Assembly: GCA_951406725.2 (NCBI GenBank)
Contig: OX597815.1
Coordinates: 163,556,001 to 163,620,000 of the forward strand
From: Octopus vulgaris
Lineage: Eukaryota
DNA length: 64,000 nt
Direction of reading: 5' to 3'
Below are positions 51,178 through 64,000 of the stretch, piece by piece (within the stretch, counting starts at the first letter, position 1; every line of letters begins with the position of its first letter). Below the pieces are notes generated by a model, which worked only from the letters and a program-made list of their open reading frames with translations, searched no databases and was not told the origin of the DNA. Position numbers and translations under genes: made by a program.

Positions 51178-51763
51178 GCTATGTTCCTTGCATAAATGTA
51201 GCTAGATATTTCGTGATAAATCATACACTTCACATAAATCAATTTATCAATATATTTGAACCAGATGGATTTGTTAAATTTCACACTATTTCAAGACAAC
51301 ATCTCAATTTTATATCAGCCGCTGACTGCTTCATATTTCTTCCCCAACTGCCAACGTTTACTGAGAAGACATACATACATACATACGAACTTAAGATGTA
51401 CTGAAAGTCATACTGAATTTTCTGTCGGTTTGACACGGACACATACTTGAGCGCGCAGGAACCTGCGTGGGCACAAGGTTTTTGTTAGCGTACACATAAA
51501 AATAAATAGGTACGTTGTTTGGAAGATACGGAGTAGAGTGTGTATATGTTTATGTATATAAGCTCTAACACATATACTGAGAGCAAAATATAGACGAATA
51601 CTGTCGAGCGAAACTGGAATTGAGAGAAGGAAAGTCATCTGAAACATACAGTGCATGTATGTATGTGTGTGTGTGTGTGTGATAGAGAGAGCCAGACAGA
51701 TAGATAGATGCTTAGAGAGACAGGCAGATAGATAGATAGATAAGTAGATAGATAAGTAGATAC

Positions 51764-51800
<37 letters not shown>

Positions 51801-52544
51801 TGAATATGAGTTGGTTAATTGCTTATATATGTGTGTGTATGTACATACATACATACATACATACATACATACATACATACATACATACATACATACATAC
51901 ATACATACAGATAGATAGATATAAGCAAGTAGCGAAATCTAAATTCAAATCTCAGCATGCATAAATGCATATATTCTCAATCTTTTAGACGTATATACGC
52001 GTGTCAGTGAATTTATCTAAGATTTCAATTGTTAATATTTACAAGGTAATTTATGTGTTATAAAACGTTGTCACGTAAGTGTGGTCTCTCATTGTCATCA
52101 ACTGTTGTAATAAATCGAATGAACCGAGATACTTTCAGTACGATATATAATTAATTATCATTGTCACGCCCATCAGCTGTTCGGTTTTCAAAACGAAGTA
52201 GAATAACATAAAATAAAGTTTCAGCTTATTAAATATTTCATCGTTGTCTGTGCCAACATTTTCACATGGAATCATTCTCAGTACAACTAGGAAATTTCAA
52301 AGAGAGGGGAAAAGGGTAAGAAAATATAGCAGGAAAAGAGAAGAACTGTGTAATTGGTAAAATTGAGAGGGAGGTGGAGGATGGGTGATGGATAGGAGGA
52401 AAGGGGGAGAATAGGTGACGGAGAAGTGAAAAGGTGGGAGATATGCTGATGGGGTGGTGGGCAAAATGCAAAAACTTTTGTCTGTTTACAGGGAATTTCA
52501 AGAATCGTTTAAGCTTATATAAAACTGGTACTCTATTGGTTATG

Positions 52545-52845
52545 TCAACGAGGGTTCCAGTTGATCCGATCAATGGAGCATCCTGCTCGTGAAATTAACG
52601 TACAAGTGCCTGAGCACTCCACAGACACATGTACCCTTAACGTAGTTCTCAGGTATTCAGTTCGATACTGAATGTGACATATAGTACTGAATTTGAAATA
52701 CAGGTACTACTTATTTTTGCCAGTTTATTTTTGGAACAACGTGAAATAAAGTGCCTTACTTAAGAACACAAAGCGCTGCCGGTAGAGGAACTCACAGCCT
52801 TGCAATTGTGAGTAGAAGACGCTAACCACTAAGCCATGCACCTTC
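52545..52845 (-). mobile_element. SINE family C variant
   Basis: Reverse complement of the 9891-10205 type. Confidence 0.8.
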
Positions 52846-53540
52846 AATTGTATAAGGCATCTGATAATGGTCGCCTCTTCATTTCTGGTCTTGATTTAAC
52901 GAAAACTACACGTAATCATTTTCGTTTGTAATTCGTGGGATAGAATTTAAAAGTAAGACTGAATACACATGAATATGTGTTCGTAGATGCGTGCCCCACC
53001 CCCGCACCAATTGCTGGATGTGGTTAAGGAAGATATGCAGAGATGCAGAGGGGCTGGCACAGGACAATCAGCGATGGAAAATACTGATGGATCCGGTTGG
53101 CTTTACGCATGATGATGTCTCTGGGACCATTAACCTGGGGTCACCCTAGCGTCATCAAGCAAGAGCATGAAGAAGCAGAAGCAGATGCATTAAGTGATAA
53201 TAATGCGTGTTCTTACTGTGATCCGGATGTAACAGATGCGAGTAAACCATCTCTTCAAAGTGAGTTCTTTTTAATAAGGTAACTACATCTTATACAGTTC
53301 TTAAGCTATGAAACAATAGTATCAAGGTTAAAAGAAACTTGGTTGCAAATATATGTATCAGTACCTGACTGAATATCACATTTTAATAAATAGCTTTAGA
53401 AAGGTATGAAGCATAGATACTTCATTGTAAAGGTCACACCTTAAGAGAGATTTATGATTAATAGGTTTCACTCCAGTGGGCGTAATTCGGTTGCTTCGAT
53501 TCCATTCCTTTAATAACTCAATGTTGATATACTCATCACG

Positions 53541-53757
53541 GTGGCGATGAGCTGGCAGAATCATTAGAACGCCGGGAAAGGTGCTTAGCGGCATTTCATC
53601 TGTCTCTACGTTCTGAGTTCAAATTCCGCTGAGGACGACCTTGCCTTCGATCCTTTCAACGGTAGATAAAATAAGTACCGGTTGAGCACTAGGGTCGATA
53701 TAATCGACATACCCCGCTTACCTGAAATTTGGCCTTGCGTCGAAATTTAAAGCCAAT
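53541..53757 (+). mobile_element. SINE family A
   Basis: gtggcgatgagctggcagaatcattag head and core. Confidence 0.85.
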
Positions 53758-55297
53758 ATACACATCACGAGCCAATGAGGAGATCCCTTACGTAGCAGTT
53801 TTATTTGCTAGAAATATTAGCCAATGTCTTCCATATCTCAAAATTCTTAGCTCTTTGAGAGAGAGAAAGGGTGGAGAGAGACATATATACAAACAGAGAA
53901 TGAATGAGACAGGGAGAGAGACAGAGAGACAGACAGACAGACATGATATAGCAATGAGATCACAAAGGAAAATTTCATAAATTCAATAAACAAGCTCCTC
54001 TCCACACTGGTCATAGAATCTGACGAATAAAAACACTTGAACAAAAACACTTGAATAGTTTTCATATTTTCACAACAAAAATGAATTCTTGTTATTCTAC
54101 ATTAGAAATATGCAGCAGGTTAAGGTTATACATCTGTTATTTGTATTCGAAAACAAAATGTCGTTTGTTATCTGTTCAAACCAACGATCTCGAAACACGT
54201 TGCGATTACTGTCTCTTGGTAGTTAAGCTGCAAAATATTGTTTCTGATAGATTTCGTTTTGTTTCACAGTTCGATAGTCAAAATCGGAAAAATTAATTCC
54301 CACTACTACCAACATTTTTGCTTTATAAAGTCAATCCACAATGAATTGGAAGAGATATCAGAAATGATGTGGTAATTAATGATTATAATTAATTATATCG
54401 ATACAAAAGACGATGTAAAACGTTAGAACCACGTCTGTTCAGGCGTAGCACTGAAGATTGATAATAACAAAATGCTGTTTTCTATTTCTTTCTTTCTTCC
54501 TTCCTTCCTTTCTTTCTTTCTCTCTCTATTTTTTGTTGTTGTTTTGTTTCAAGGTGCTAATTTGACCAGAATTAATTGATTGTTCACCGAAAGTATTCTC
54601 TGTGGGTGACATTTTAAACTATGCGGTTTGAACTTTAATGGAGGATTGATTGTTGAAGACTAGCTTAACCGAGGAGTCTTTTTTTTAACGTAGCTACCTA
54701 TGGCGGAGAATATCTGGATTTTTCAGCTCCTCCTTTCATTATTTGTATTCTTTTGATATTTTACTAGTTTCAATCATTGGACTGTAGTCATGCTGGGATA
54801 CGCCTCTTACCAGTTTTCAACGATCTTATCGATCCTAGTATTTTGTCTGGTAGTTATTTTATAGGTTCTGTGTTGGATGAAAACAAGGCAGCCTTTGTCT
54901 AAATGGAGATAGCTCTGACAGAACTAAATACCAAAGAATATACTTGGTAGTCCTACTGATTATGTTCATCTTATAACGACTTATACATGAGTGAAAGCTC
55001 ACACACTCGTATAGCAACATATGATTAACAATGTGTATTTATTTGCTGTCACAGTGAGCGGCTTGTGTGAATGTAAGGAGCTGTCACACCAAAAAAATCA
55101 TAAAAAATAAAAATATGTGTGATTGTAAGTAGAAGTAATATAAAAGAAAGAGGACAATGAGGTTTTATCATTCAACCCTTCTTGCCAAACAAAGTGTGAA
55201 TGAGTGAGTGGCTGTGACAGAGTTAAAAGGAAAGTGGCTTGGGGTAAGATGTTAGCATTACGTTGATATAAACTGGATAAGAAAGAGAAATAATCAC

Positions 55298-55463
55298 GTG
55301 GCTGTGAGGTAAGAAGCTTGCTTCTCAAACATGTGTTCTTGGGTTCAGTGCCACTGTACGCCACCTTATGTCTTCCACTATAGCTCCAGATGGACAATAG
55401 CTTTTTAAGTGGATTTAGTAGATGAAAACTAAGAGAAGCCCGTCGTCTACACACACACACATA

Positions 55464-55526
<63 letters not shown>

Positions 55527-55857
55527 GGAGATGTACTTGCAGCACGGAATTTTGTCAGTGAACAGGTCGCGGTCTCAAAGAATGCGGCGAAAATATTTTG
55601 GCAAATTAAATTTAAATGTTGAAGTGAATCTGACGGTTTTTGTGTGTTTTTTAAATGGCTTATAAACACCTTCTACGCTGCAATTGTTTATATATATTGT
55701 TTCTGTTTTCTCTCCCTGTTTATTTCTGTGTTCCTTTCTGTCGAAGAGCGTAGGCTAGAAACGTAAATGACCTTCTCACTTCCCGAGCGTTAAACTACTA
55801 CATCTGTTTGTTGTTTACACCCCCTTTTTTTTTTTATAAATTCTCACTGTCTCCCCC

Positions 55858-55909
<52 letters not shown>

Positions 55910-56120
55910 CTGAGTATGTCGTTGTGTTTGTCCCTACCACTGCTTGACAATCGTTGTTAATTTGTTTAAGTCCCATCGCCAGAGGCTAGCCAATAGGACA
56001 CCGGTAGAATGAGTAGCAGGTTTAAAAATAAGTATTGAGTTCGGTTCGCTCAACAAAACCCTTCACGGCGGTGTCCCGGCAAACTTGCAGTACAAACATT
56101 GAAGCAAGTAGAAGATAAAA
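55298..56120 (+). mobile_element. SINE family B whose internal microsatellite has captured further inserts
   Basis: Head 55298-55445, tail ~55910-56120, inserts at 55525-55850 including a hammerhead-like PLE terminus. Confidence 0.7.
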
Positions 56121-56481
56121 GATAGGTAAAAGGTACTGATTATAAATAACAATGAAACACGGAAATCTTTATACAAGTCATACTTTTGCAAAGAATAGTC
56201 TAATAAAAGCGTTTATAGAATATCGATAATTACAGGTAAATCTTTTAATGCTTTGCAAACAATATTGTAATTGTTTTGTAAATAGAGTTTTATGATGTTA
56301 TTAAATATTTATAACTACTATTAAATCATCCATTGAATCAGTAAAATATATTCAGTGACAAAAAGCTGTTAATTTTTGGCGTAGCAAGTTTCGGTGAAAG
56401 GAAAATACTATAACATTCACAATTTATTGGTCTCGGCTGCTCGGTTAACATCGAAGTGTAATAGTTTTGTTATATCAAAGA

Positions 56482-57205
56482 GGGCGGGCTGGCAGAATCA
56501 TTAGCGCATCGGATAAAAAACTCAGTAGCATTTCTTTGTGGAGGCGCGTGGCTTAGTGGTTAGGGTGTCAGCATCATGATCGTAAGATTGTGGTTTCGAT
56601 TCCTGGACCGGTCGACGTGTTGTGTTCTTGAGCAAAATACTTCATTTCACGTTACTCCAGTCCACTCAGCTGGCAAAAATGAGTAACGCTGCGATGGACT
56701 GGCGGCCCGTCTAGCTGGGGAACACATACGCCATAGAAACCGGGAAACTGGGCCCATGAGCCTGGCTAGGTTTTAAAACGGCGCATTTGTGGACGCGCGT
56801 GACTTAGTGGTTAGGATGTCAGCAGCATGGTCGTAAGATTGCGGTTTGGATTCCTGGACCGGGTGACGCGTTGTGTTCTTGAGCAAAATGCTTCATTTCA
56901 CGTTGCTCCAGTCCACTCAGCTGGTAAAAATGTGTAACGCTGCAATTGAATAGCGACCCGTCCACCTGGGGAACACATACACCATAGAAACCGGAAAACC
57001 GGGCCCATGTGCCTGGCTAGGCTTTAAAAGGGGGCATTTTACTTTGGTATTTCTTTAGACTCATAACGCTCAAATGTCATTGAGGTCGATATTACTTTTC
57101 ATTCATTTGGGGTTAGTCAATAAAATAAGTACCATTTGAGCACTGGGGTCAATGTTATCGACAAGACTCTTCGCACAGAATTTCAAGCCTTGTGCTTACT
57201 GTAGA
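56482..57205 (+). mobile_element. SINE family A split by two tandem SINE C copies (56538-56788, 56789-57040)
   Basis: A head ends at gcatttcttt, followed by two C units; A resumes after gtatttcttt (TSD-like). Confidence 0.85.
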
Positions 57206-57493
57206 ACGAACATTTTACTATTAAGTACAAAACGAGGAGTCATTCGGTAAACCGTTTGTGAATGCTCTTATGCGTCATTGTGAATAAATGCACCATTGTC
57301 TATTCTGAATAAAGCAAGTCTTAGCATTTTGAGAATCCAAAGTAACGGTAGAAAACTATCAACCTGCCGCGTAAATAGCTTGAATGCGAAACAATGTGTT
57401 TCCGAAGTGTGCATCTTAACTACACGTCAGTGTCTGTCTGTATATAAGATGCTTATTGTCACCGTCTTATTTTTCGTTCTAACATATTTTCAG

Positions 57494-57604
57494 GACTTGT
57501 ATAAAATTATGGATCTGACGCATTTTGAGAACTTGTGTAATTTTACGGATCAGAGACATGTTGAGAACTCATGTGATTTTATGGATCCCTCGTCATTACT
57601 TTAG
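57494..57604 (+). CDS. Candidate terminal coding exon of an unknown host gene
   Basis: Branch-point-like ttctaac plus atattttcag acceptor; open frame DLYKIMDLTHFENLCNFTDQRHVENSCDFMDPSSLL*. Confidence 0.3.
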   Translation, partial: DLYKIMDLTHFENLCNFTDQRHVENSCDFMDPSSLL

Positions 57605-58673
57605 GCGAATTTATGGCGCTATTTTGGATGGAGACACTCATTAATAATCAAATTCTCCATCGCTGAAAACTGACTGTACTATCTGGATCATGCAGTTTGA
57701 CAGCGTACTAGGGAATTAATTTTATTGTTGGTTTTTATCCTCGGTGTAAATTATCTTTGTTATTTCAGCATAAAACTGACACGAACCCTGTTTATATTAC
57801 ACGCCCAGTTCTGTTTGGGGATTATCTGCATTTTAAAGGTTTCCAACAGTTTGAGATTTTATAGTATTTCTGATTACATTTAAGGATATTTTCTTTGGTG
57901 CAGCTCTCTATAATTCGCTTCAATAGGTGTAGAACAAATGCAATTTTCTCTCTAAAATTAATATGTAATATACAAGAGTTTTTAGTAACAGAAAGCAGTC
58001 AATTTCATTAAAAATACTAAATAAATATGACAGACGGCAATGAATGGATTCATACGAACTAAGAACATATTCATAGGTGTATAAGACATATATTTGTATA
58101 CGCAGGGATACGTTAAAATGTGCATGCATGTATATAAAAATGAGCATCTCTGAAATGTATCTACTAAAATGTGTGCCCGTACAGGTCACTATCTAACGAT
58201 AGCCGTCAAAGGATCGATAAAAAAGAACTTTCCTACGAATATGTAAAAATATTAGCAACCCTTTTAAATGTACATTTGTGTGTTACGAATTTAACCATAG
58301 AGAAAATATAGCTGATTAACGATATTATCATGAGGGTGAATCACTACGGTAAAGTCTGATGCATTTAAAATCGAATCGTTAATTATATCGAATCGTTAAT
58401 TATAAAATTTGAGTTAAGTTGTTCATAAATATACTGCTAGGCCACTCACAAGGGGATTATAATTATTAAGTGAACACTATGCTGGGTGAGGCAATGGATA
58501 TTGGGAAGTGCTGTGATTATTCTTAGAAATAACATTTTAAAACCTGTTCTTACATTATAAACACATTTTTATAAAGGAAAAAACACCTATTTTGGTTGAA
58601 TTAGTATATGAGCAAGCCATTGTGCTACCAGCGAGCATAAAGATGAAGAATGGGGCACCCAAATCTAATATAA

Positions 58674-59899
58674 TAAGTTAGAAAGGAAGTTCTTTTGCAT
58701 TTCAAGATAGGAAAGAAACAAATGCTTCTTTGGTCTTAAATTGTATATTCAATCGAAATATATGATATTTGCCTCAATAATCCGATTTATTTAGCAAATT
58801 ATTAATCCCTTGAACGTAAAATTAGTCAGGTTTCAAAACAAAGAAGCATTCAACATACTTTTAAACAATTAATAACGCCGAAGAAATCTGAAAAAATGAT
58901 TGTCAGATGGAGTAAGATCTGGTGAGTAAGGATGATGAGGCAAATCTTCAGTATTTAGTTCTATAATCTTTTCTTGAATAACTTGGCCAATATGTGGCCT
59001 AGCATTGTTATGGATGAACAATACCTCTTTACGATTGACCAATGATAGGCAGTTTTTCTGAAACGCTTTTGCACAATACAATTGACGATAATACTTTTCT
59101 GCAATAATCGTTTCCTTTCGATCTAACACTTCATAATAGACAACATCCAACAAATCTTACCCCACAAACAGCATAACTTTTCTCTGATGTAGCCCTTGTT
59201 CGAGAATGATTCCCTTTTTCATTAGGTGCTAACTATTGTCGGTTTTTGTGATATATGAAACCCACTTTTCATTACTGTGATGATTCTACTAAAGAAAGGT
59301 TCGATAGCAAGTCTACGCCTCAATGACTAGCTGAGAGCAACCCTTTGATTAAGCTGAGAAACATCCAGATAATGAGGGACCTTCTAACCAAGTTTAGGCA
59401 CTCTTTCTTGTTCATGAAGGTGTTTTATGATCTATGCGTGACTTGAATTTAACTATTTTGCAAATTCTCATAGCGTTTCCATTGGATATTCCTCAACTAC
59501 AGCTTTCAAAAGCTTAATATTGACAGAAGTTGGTGGTCCAGATCGGGAGGAAACTGTGAGAAAAAATTTTCCCTGTCAAAATTGGTCAAACTATTGTTGG
59601 CATGACTGGACACTTAAAGCTATATTCCTATAGACAAAACGATTATTTCTTGCCGTTTTCAATGCTGAAGAATAATTCATCTGAATTCATACAGCAAGCA
59701 GTGCGGGATATGAGTATAATCTAATCTCATAATAAAAGGGTAAAATCAATTCGAATTTAACCCTATGGTATAAAATAATCTGCAGAGAAAGTAAAACAGA
59801 AACATTACAATATAAAAATTAATACTTATTTTACGTATTGAAAAAATACCCTCAAAAGATTATGAGAAAAATACCACAGGATTTATTTCTTCCAACCTA
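58674..59899 (-). mobile_element. Decayed near-full-length mariner DNA transposon (~1.23 kb)
   Basis: IHNNARPH and HPYSPDLTPSDNHFF match the mariner motifs HDNARPH and YSPDLAPSD. Degenerate TIRs taagttagaaaggaagttc / ggatttatttcttccaaccta. Confidence 0.82.
58869..59153 (-). pseudogene. Mariner transposase catalytic-domain remnant
   Basis: The second catalytic D is mutated (HNNARPH); there are stops and frameshifts outside this ORF. Confidence 0.85.
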
Positions 59900-60078
59900 C
59901 TAATTTCATTTAATAAGACCTAACCTTTTTTTTTTTAATAATTTCCATAAAAAAATAACATAGGGGCACTAATCTACACTAAAAAGCATCACGCGCTAGA
60001 TGGGATGGGATGGGAAAATATAGATTATAAGCCACTATGCAAAAGTAGCTTCTGTTTGATTATAATAATTGCTGCACC

Positions 60079-60113
<35 letters not shown>

Positions 60114-60556
60114 GCGTCCATGCATGCATATGTATGTATTGGTTCGCTTTTGCAGAACATATGAAAAGACGTTTGCTAAACGTCATTCTGTGAAAGGGGA
60201 TGCAGACTAACAAAAGGCTGACAATCACTGATCTAGATATTCTAATCTGATTTATCTTTCATTCATACATTTGTTGGTATCAATTTTTTTTTTTTATATT
60301 CTATGTGTTGGGAAGGAGGTTTCGGTTTAATTTCAACTTTGATTTCTTTACGATATCGATACTTTGTATTCTTGTATTTCCATTATTTGTTTCGGTGATT
60401 TTTCTGAAATAAAATATCAAAACATTATAGGAACTTTTAGAAAAATGATCGATTACCAATATCAAGGAGAAACATAAAATAAACTAAATCATGTGTCGAA
60501 GATACGATATTTGACTACGGTTTCAGTACTGTTAAATGGATACCATACAAATACAT

Positions 60557-60812
60557 TAGGTTTGAAAGAAAGTCCTGTCGCATTTCAAGATGGAAAAGAA
60601 ACAAAGGCTTCTTTGATCTTAATTGATATATTTAATCTAGATGGTAGTTCTACTCATAATTCATAACAGTCCCATCTGTTCGGCAAATTATTCACCGCTC
60701 GTGCGTAAAATTCTTCAGGTTTTGAAGCAAAATAACACTCAATATCAGTTTAGCTTCTTCACAATTAAAATGATTTCTTTCTAAAGAATGTTGCAACGAT
60801 CTGAAGAAAAAA
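60557..60812 (-). mobile_element. Second mariner 3'-end fragment
   Basis: Aligns with 58674-58895 (gcatttcaagat..aaagaaacaaa.gcttcttt) and starts with TIR-like ttaggtttgaaagaaagtcctg. Confidence 0.72.
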
Positions 60813-61040
60813 ATATGATAGTCAGATATAGCAACGCTTTGAATTTTCTTGAAGTACAATTGTCTGAAGTTTTATATCGACAGAAGTCGGTCGTCCTGAT
60901 AGAAGGTAATCTACAAAGAAAAGTTTCCCTATCAAACCGCCAAGGCATACCTACATACATACACATATATACTTACATATACATCACACACACACACACA
61001 CACACACATACACTCATATATAAATAGATATATATATATA

Positions 61041-61442
61041 GGAGTGGCTTGCTTACCCCACCACATGATTCCGGTTTCAGTCCTACTGCATGGCACCTTG
61101 GGCAAGTGTTTTCTACTATAGCCTCGGGCCGACCAAAGCCTTGTGAGTGGATTTGGTAGACGGAAACTGAAAGAATCCCGTCGTATATGTGTGCGTGTGA
61201 GTGTGTGCGCGTGTGTATGTGTGTGTATATGTTTGTGTGTCTGTGTTTGTCCACCATCATCGCTTGACAACCGATGTTGGTGTGTTTACGTCCCCGTAAC
61301 TTAGCGGTTCTGGGAAAAGAGACTGATAGAATAAGTACTAAGCTTACAGACTATAAGTCCTGTGGTCGATTTCTTCGACGAAAGGCGGTGCTCCAGCATG
61401 GCTGCAGTTAAATGACTGAAACAAGTAAAAGAATAAAAGAAT
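61041..61442 (+). mobile_element. SINE family B
   Basis: Similarity to other B copies. Confidence 0.9.
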
Positions 61443-61699
61443 ACATGATACACACATACACACACACATGCACATATGTGTGTGTATACTTATAAATTAA
61501 TGTTATAATCATTAAAATGATTATATCAGTGGCTAGCGTATAAAAAATGACCCTATCGATAAAATTAGTTTTTAAGTATATGATTATAAAATACAATTAT
61601 AATTAAGGGCTACTTTTGGCGTATAGGCGCTGGCATTACAGAGTTCTTAATTGTAATTACTGGTATCACAAATATAGTTTAATCTTGCTCCATATCATT

Positions 61700-61893
61700 T
61701 ATCTTTTACACTTTTTCCAACCATTAGACTGCGATAACGCTGGGGCACCGCCTTGGAGAACTTATAGTCGAATGAATCGATCCTAGTACTTATTTTTTAA
61801 AGCGTGGTACTTATACAATCAGTCACTTTTGTCCAACCGCTAAATTGCTGGGACGTAAACGCACTAACACCGGTTGTCGAACGGTGGTGGGCA

Positions 61894-61931
<38 letters not shown>

Positions 61932-62152
61932 TACATACTATAGGTTTCTTTCAGTTTCCATTTATGAAATCCATTCAGAAGGCATTGATTGGTCCGAGGG
62001 TATAGTAGAAGACGCTTGCCCAAGGTGCTACGCAGTTGGACTGAACCCAGATCCATATGGTTGGGAAGCAAGCTTCTAATCACACACCCACTCCTGCCTC
62101 TATATAATCACACACCCACTCCTGCCTCTATATAATCACACACCCACTCCTT
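61700..62152 (-). mobile_element. SINE family B with 28-bp tandem triplication of its 5' end
   Basis: taatcacacacccactcctgcctctata x2.7 at ~62077-62150. Confidence 0.82.
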
Positions 62153-62315
62153 CTGAAATACCGCCCGGCTTCATGGTAAATGTTCGCTCACCACCTAAAT
62201 CACACAACCCCCAGACACTTTGATTCTTCACTCATTTTTTATCACAAAAGCTTTTATTTTCTTGCGGTAGTGAGAGGTGCAGCACATGTATTTAAGTTCA
62301 TTTAATACACCTAAC

Positions 62316-62566
62316 GTGGAGGCGCGTGGCTTAGTGGTTAAGGTTTCAACCCCATGATCGTAATATTGTGGTTTCAATTCCTGGACCGAGCTACGCGTTG
62401 TGTTCTTGAGCAAAACACTTCATTTCACGTTGCTCCAGTCCACCCAGCTGGCAAAAATGATTAACGCTGCGATGGACTGGCGTCCCGTCCAGCTGGGGAA
62501 CACATACGCCATAGAAACCGGGAAACCGGGCCCATGAGCCTGGCTAGGCTTTAAAAGGGCGCATTT
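62316..62566 (+). mobile_element. SINE family C full-length with TSD
   Basis: Flanked by ttaa(t/c)acacctaac. Confidence 0.9.
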
Positions 62567-62771
62567 ATATATTTTTTAACACACCTAACAAGTAAACAGA
62601 TTGCTCGTTATCCTATCTCCGTGTTAGTCTTCAGATCTAAGTTCTAAGCATTTTTATAATGTTTTCAACTGCTAAACAACATTCTCAAATTTCTTCCTCC
62701 TCTATGTTTTCCCTATAGTCATCAACTTAAAGATCAAGATGGGTATTTAAATTTTTTTTTCCTTTTCTCAG

Positions 62772-62847
62772 AACATTGAAAATGCTTGTGTATGTTATTG
62801 AACAATTTCATATGTGTGAACAGGGGACTGTAATATCAGCACTGAAG
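62772..62847 (+). CDS. Candidate internal exon (76 nt)
   Basis: Polypyrimidine acceptor ttttttccttttctcag, donor AAG|GTCAGT, open frame TLKMLVYVIEQFHMCEQGTVISALK. Confidence 0.35.
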
Positions 62848-63538
62848 GTCAGTAATTGATCCAAGCAGAGATGTTTCCTATCGATCTTCAGTGTGCGGAA
62901 AGGTCAGGAAAGGTCATGGGCAAAGAAACATAAATAAATATAAATACAAAGGTAACACAACAATAAAAAAGGAACAACAACAACAAAAAACGAATCAGCT
63001 CTTTGCAGGCGCAACTATATTTGTTAGTATTCGTCACAAGAGAAAAAAAAGGGAAAGCACATTAATAATTAATGCAGTTTTAATTAATCAAAATAATTTC
63101 CTTCTTTGCCTCCCTACAGAATAACAAATAATAACAAAGAACAAAACAACAATTTAAATAAAAACAGTTTACCCTGGAGTGAATATTGCTTCGTGGTATA
63201 AGAGCTGCTGCTGTATCGTGTTGCCGTAAAAACAATTTTAATCATCATTATTTTGCGGGTCGTTTGACTATGATTCTTGTCGCTCGGAGACAAAACATAT
63301 ATTGAATCAACTAAACAGGATATGTACACTTTTAAATAATTTTCTGTACGCATGGGTGGTTGTTCACATTGTTAGAAGTGTAATTGTAAGTAAAATTAGA
63401 ATCAAGTATAAGACTGCCATTTTACTTCTAACTTTTTCATGCATATGTCCCCGGTGAGTATACATACATACATATCTGTGTGTGCGTGTGCGTATATATA
63501 TATATATATATATGTACGTATACTCATCTGTCTGTCTG

Positions 63539-63582
<44 letters not shown>

Positions 63583-63608
63583 CATACATACATACATACA
63601 TACATACA

Positions 63609-63642
<34 letters not shown>

Positions 63643-63649
63643 ATTATAT

Positions 63650-63825
63650 TTCGCTTGACAACAGGTGTTGAATAATTCATTTCCCCGTAACTTAGCGGGT
63701 TCGGCAAAAGAGACAGAAATAATCGGTACCGGGTTTAGAAACCAGGTGGTAGGGTCCGTTCGACCGACTAAAAGTTTTACAAGGGTGTGTCCCTGCATAA
63801 CTGCAATCTAATGACTAAAATAAAT
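63650..63825 (+). mobile_element. SINE family B 3' half
   Basis: tcgcttgacaac...ccccgtaacttagcgggttcggcaaaagagac. Confidence 0.75.
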
Positions 63826-63850
63826 ACGATGGTAAAACGATATATGTATG

Positions 63851-63936
<86 letters not shown>

Positions 63937-64000
63937 AATAAATTCTTTTTCAGAATGAGATAAAAATCCAAAGCTGTGGAAGAATTTAGAACATTTATAA

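Overview
This is AT-rich eukaryotic DNA made almost entirely of repeats. The SINE families and microsatellite density resemble octopod cephalopod genomes (inference from memory, no database search). No host gene is recognisable, only a few candidate isolated exons, and nearly all ORF-track entries are microsatellite or SINE read-throughs. Main contents: (1) a young, 5'-truncated Penelope-like retroelement (PLE; RT plus C-terminal GIY-YIG, minus strand, ~18011-21368) inserted in (TA)n. It has a 3' hammerhead ribozyme motif and an apparent upstream ORF joined to the RT frame by a U_UUU_UUA -1 slippery site. (2) Several further hammerhead-like motifs in non-coding, microsatellite-flanked PLE-type termini, including a canonical type I hammerhead at 17736-17796 and a non-autonomous element with inverted and tandem pseudo-LTRs at 894-2002. 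(3) Decayed R4/Dong-like LINEs in (TTA)n, a decayed full-length mariner, piggyBac- and Merlin-like MITEs and two non-autonomous Helitrons. (4) Dozens of tRNA-derived SINE copies from three families (labelled A, B, C here), plus mini- and microsatellites and microsatellite-anchored fold-back duplications.
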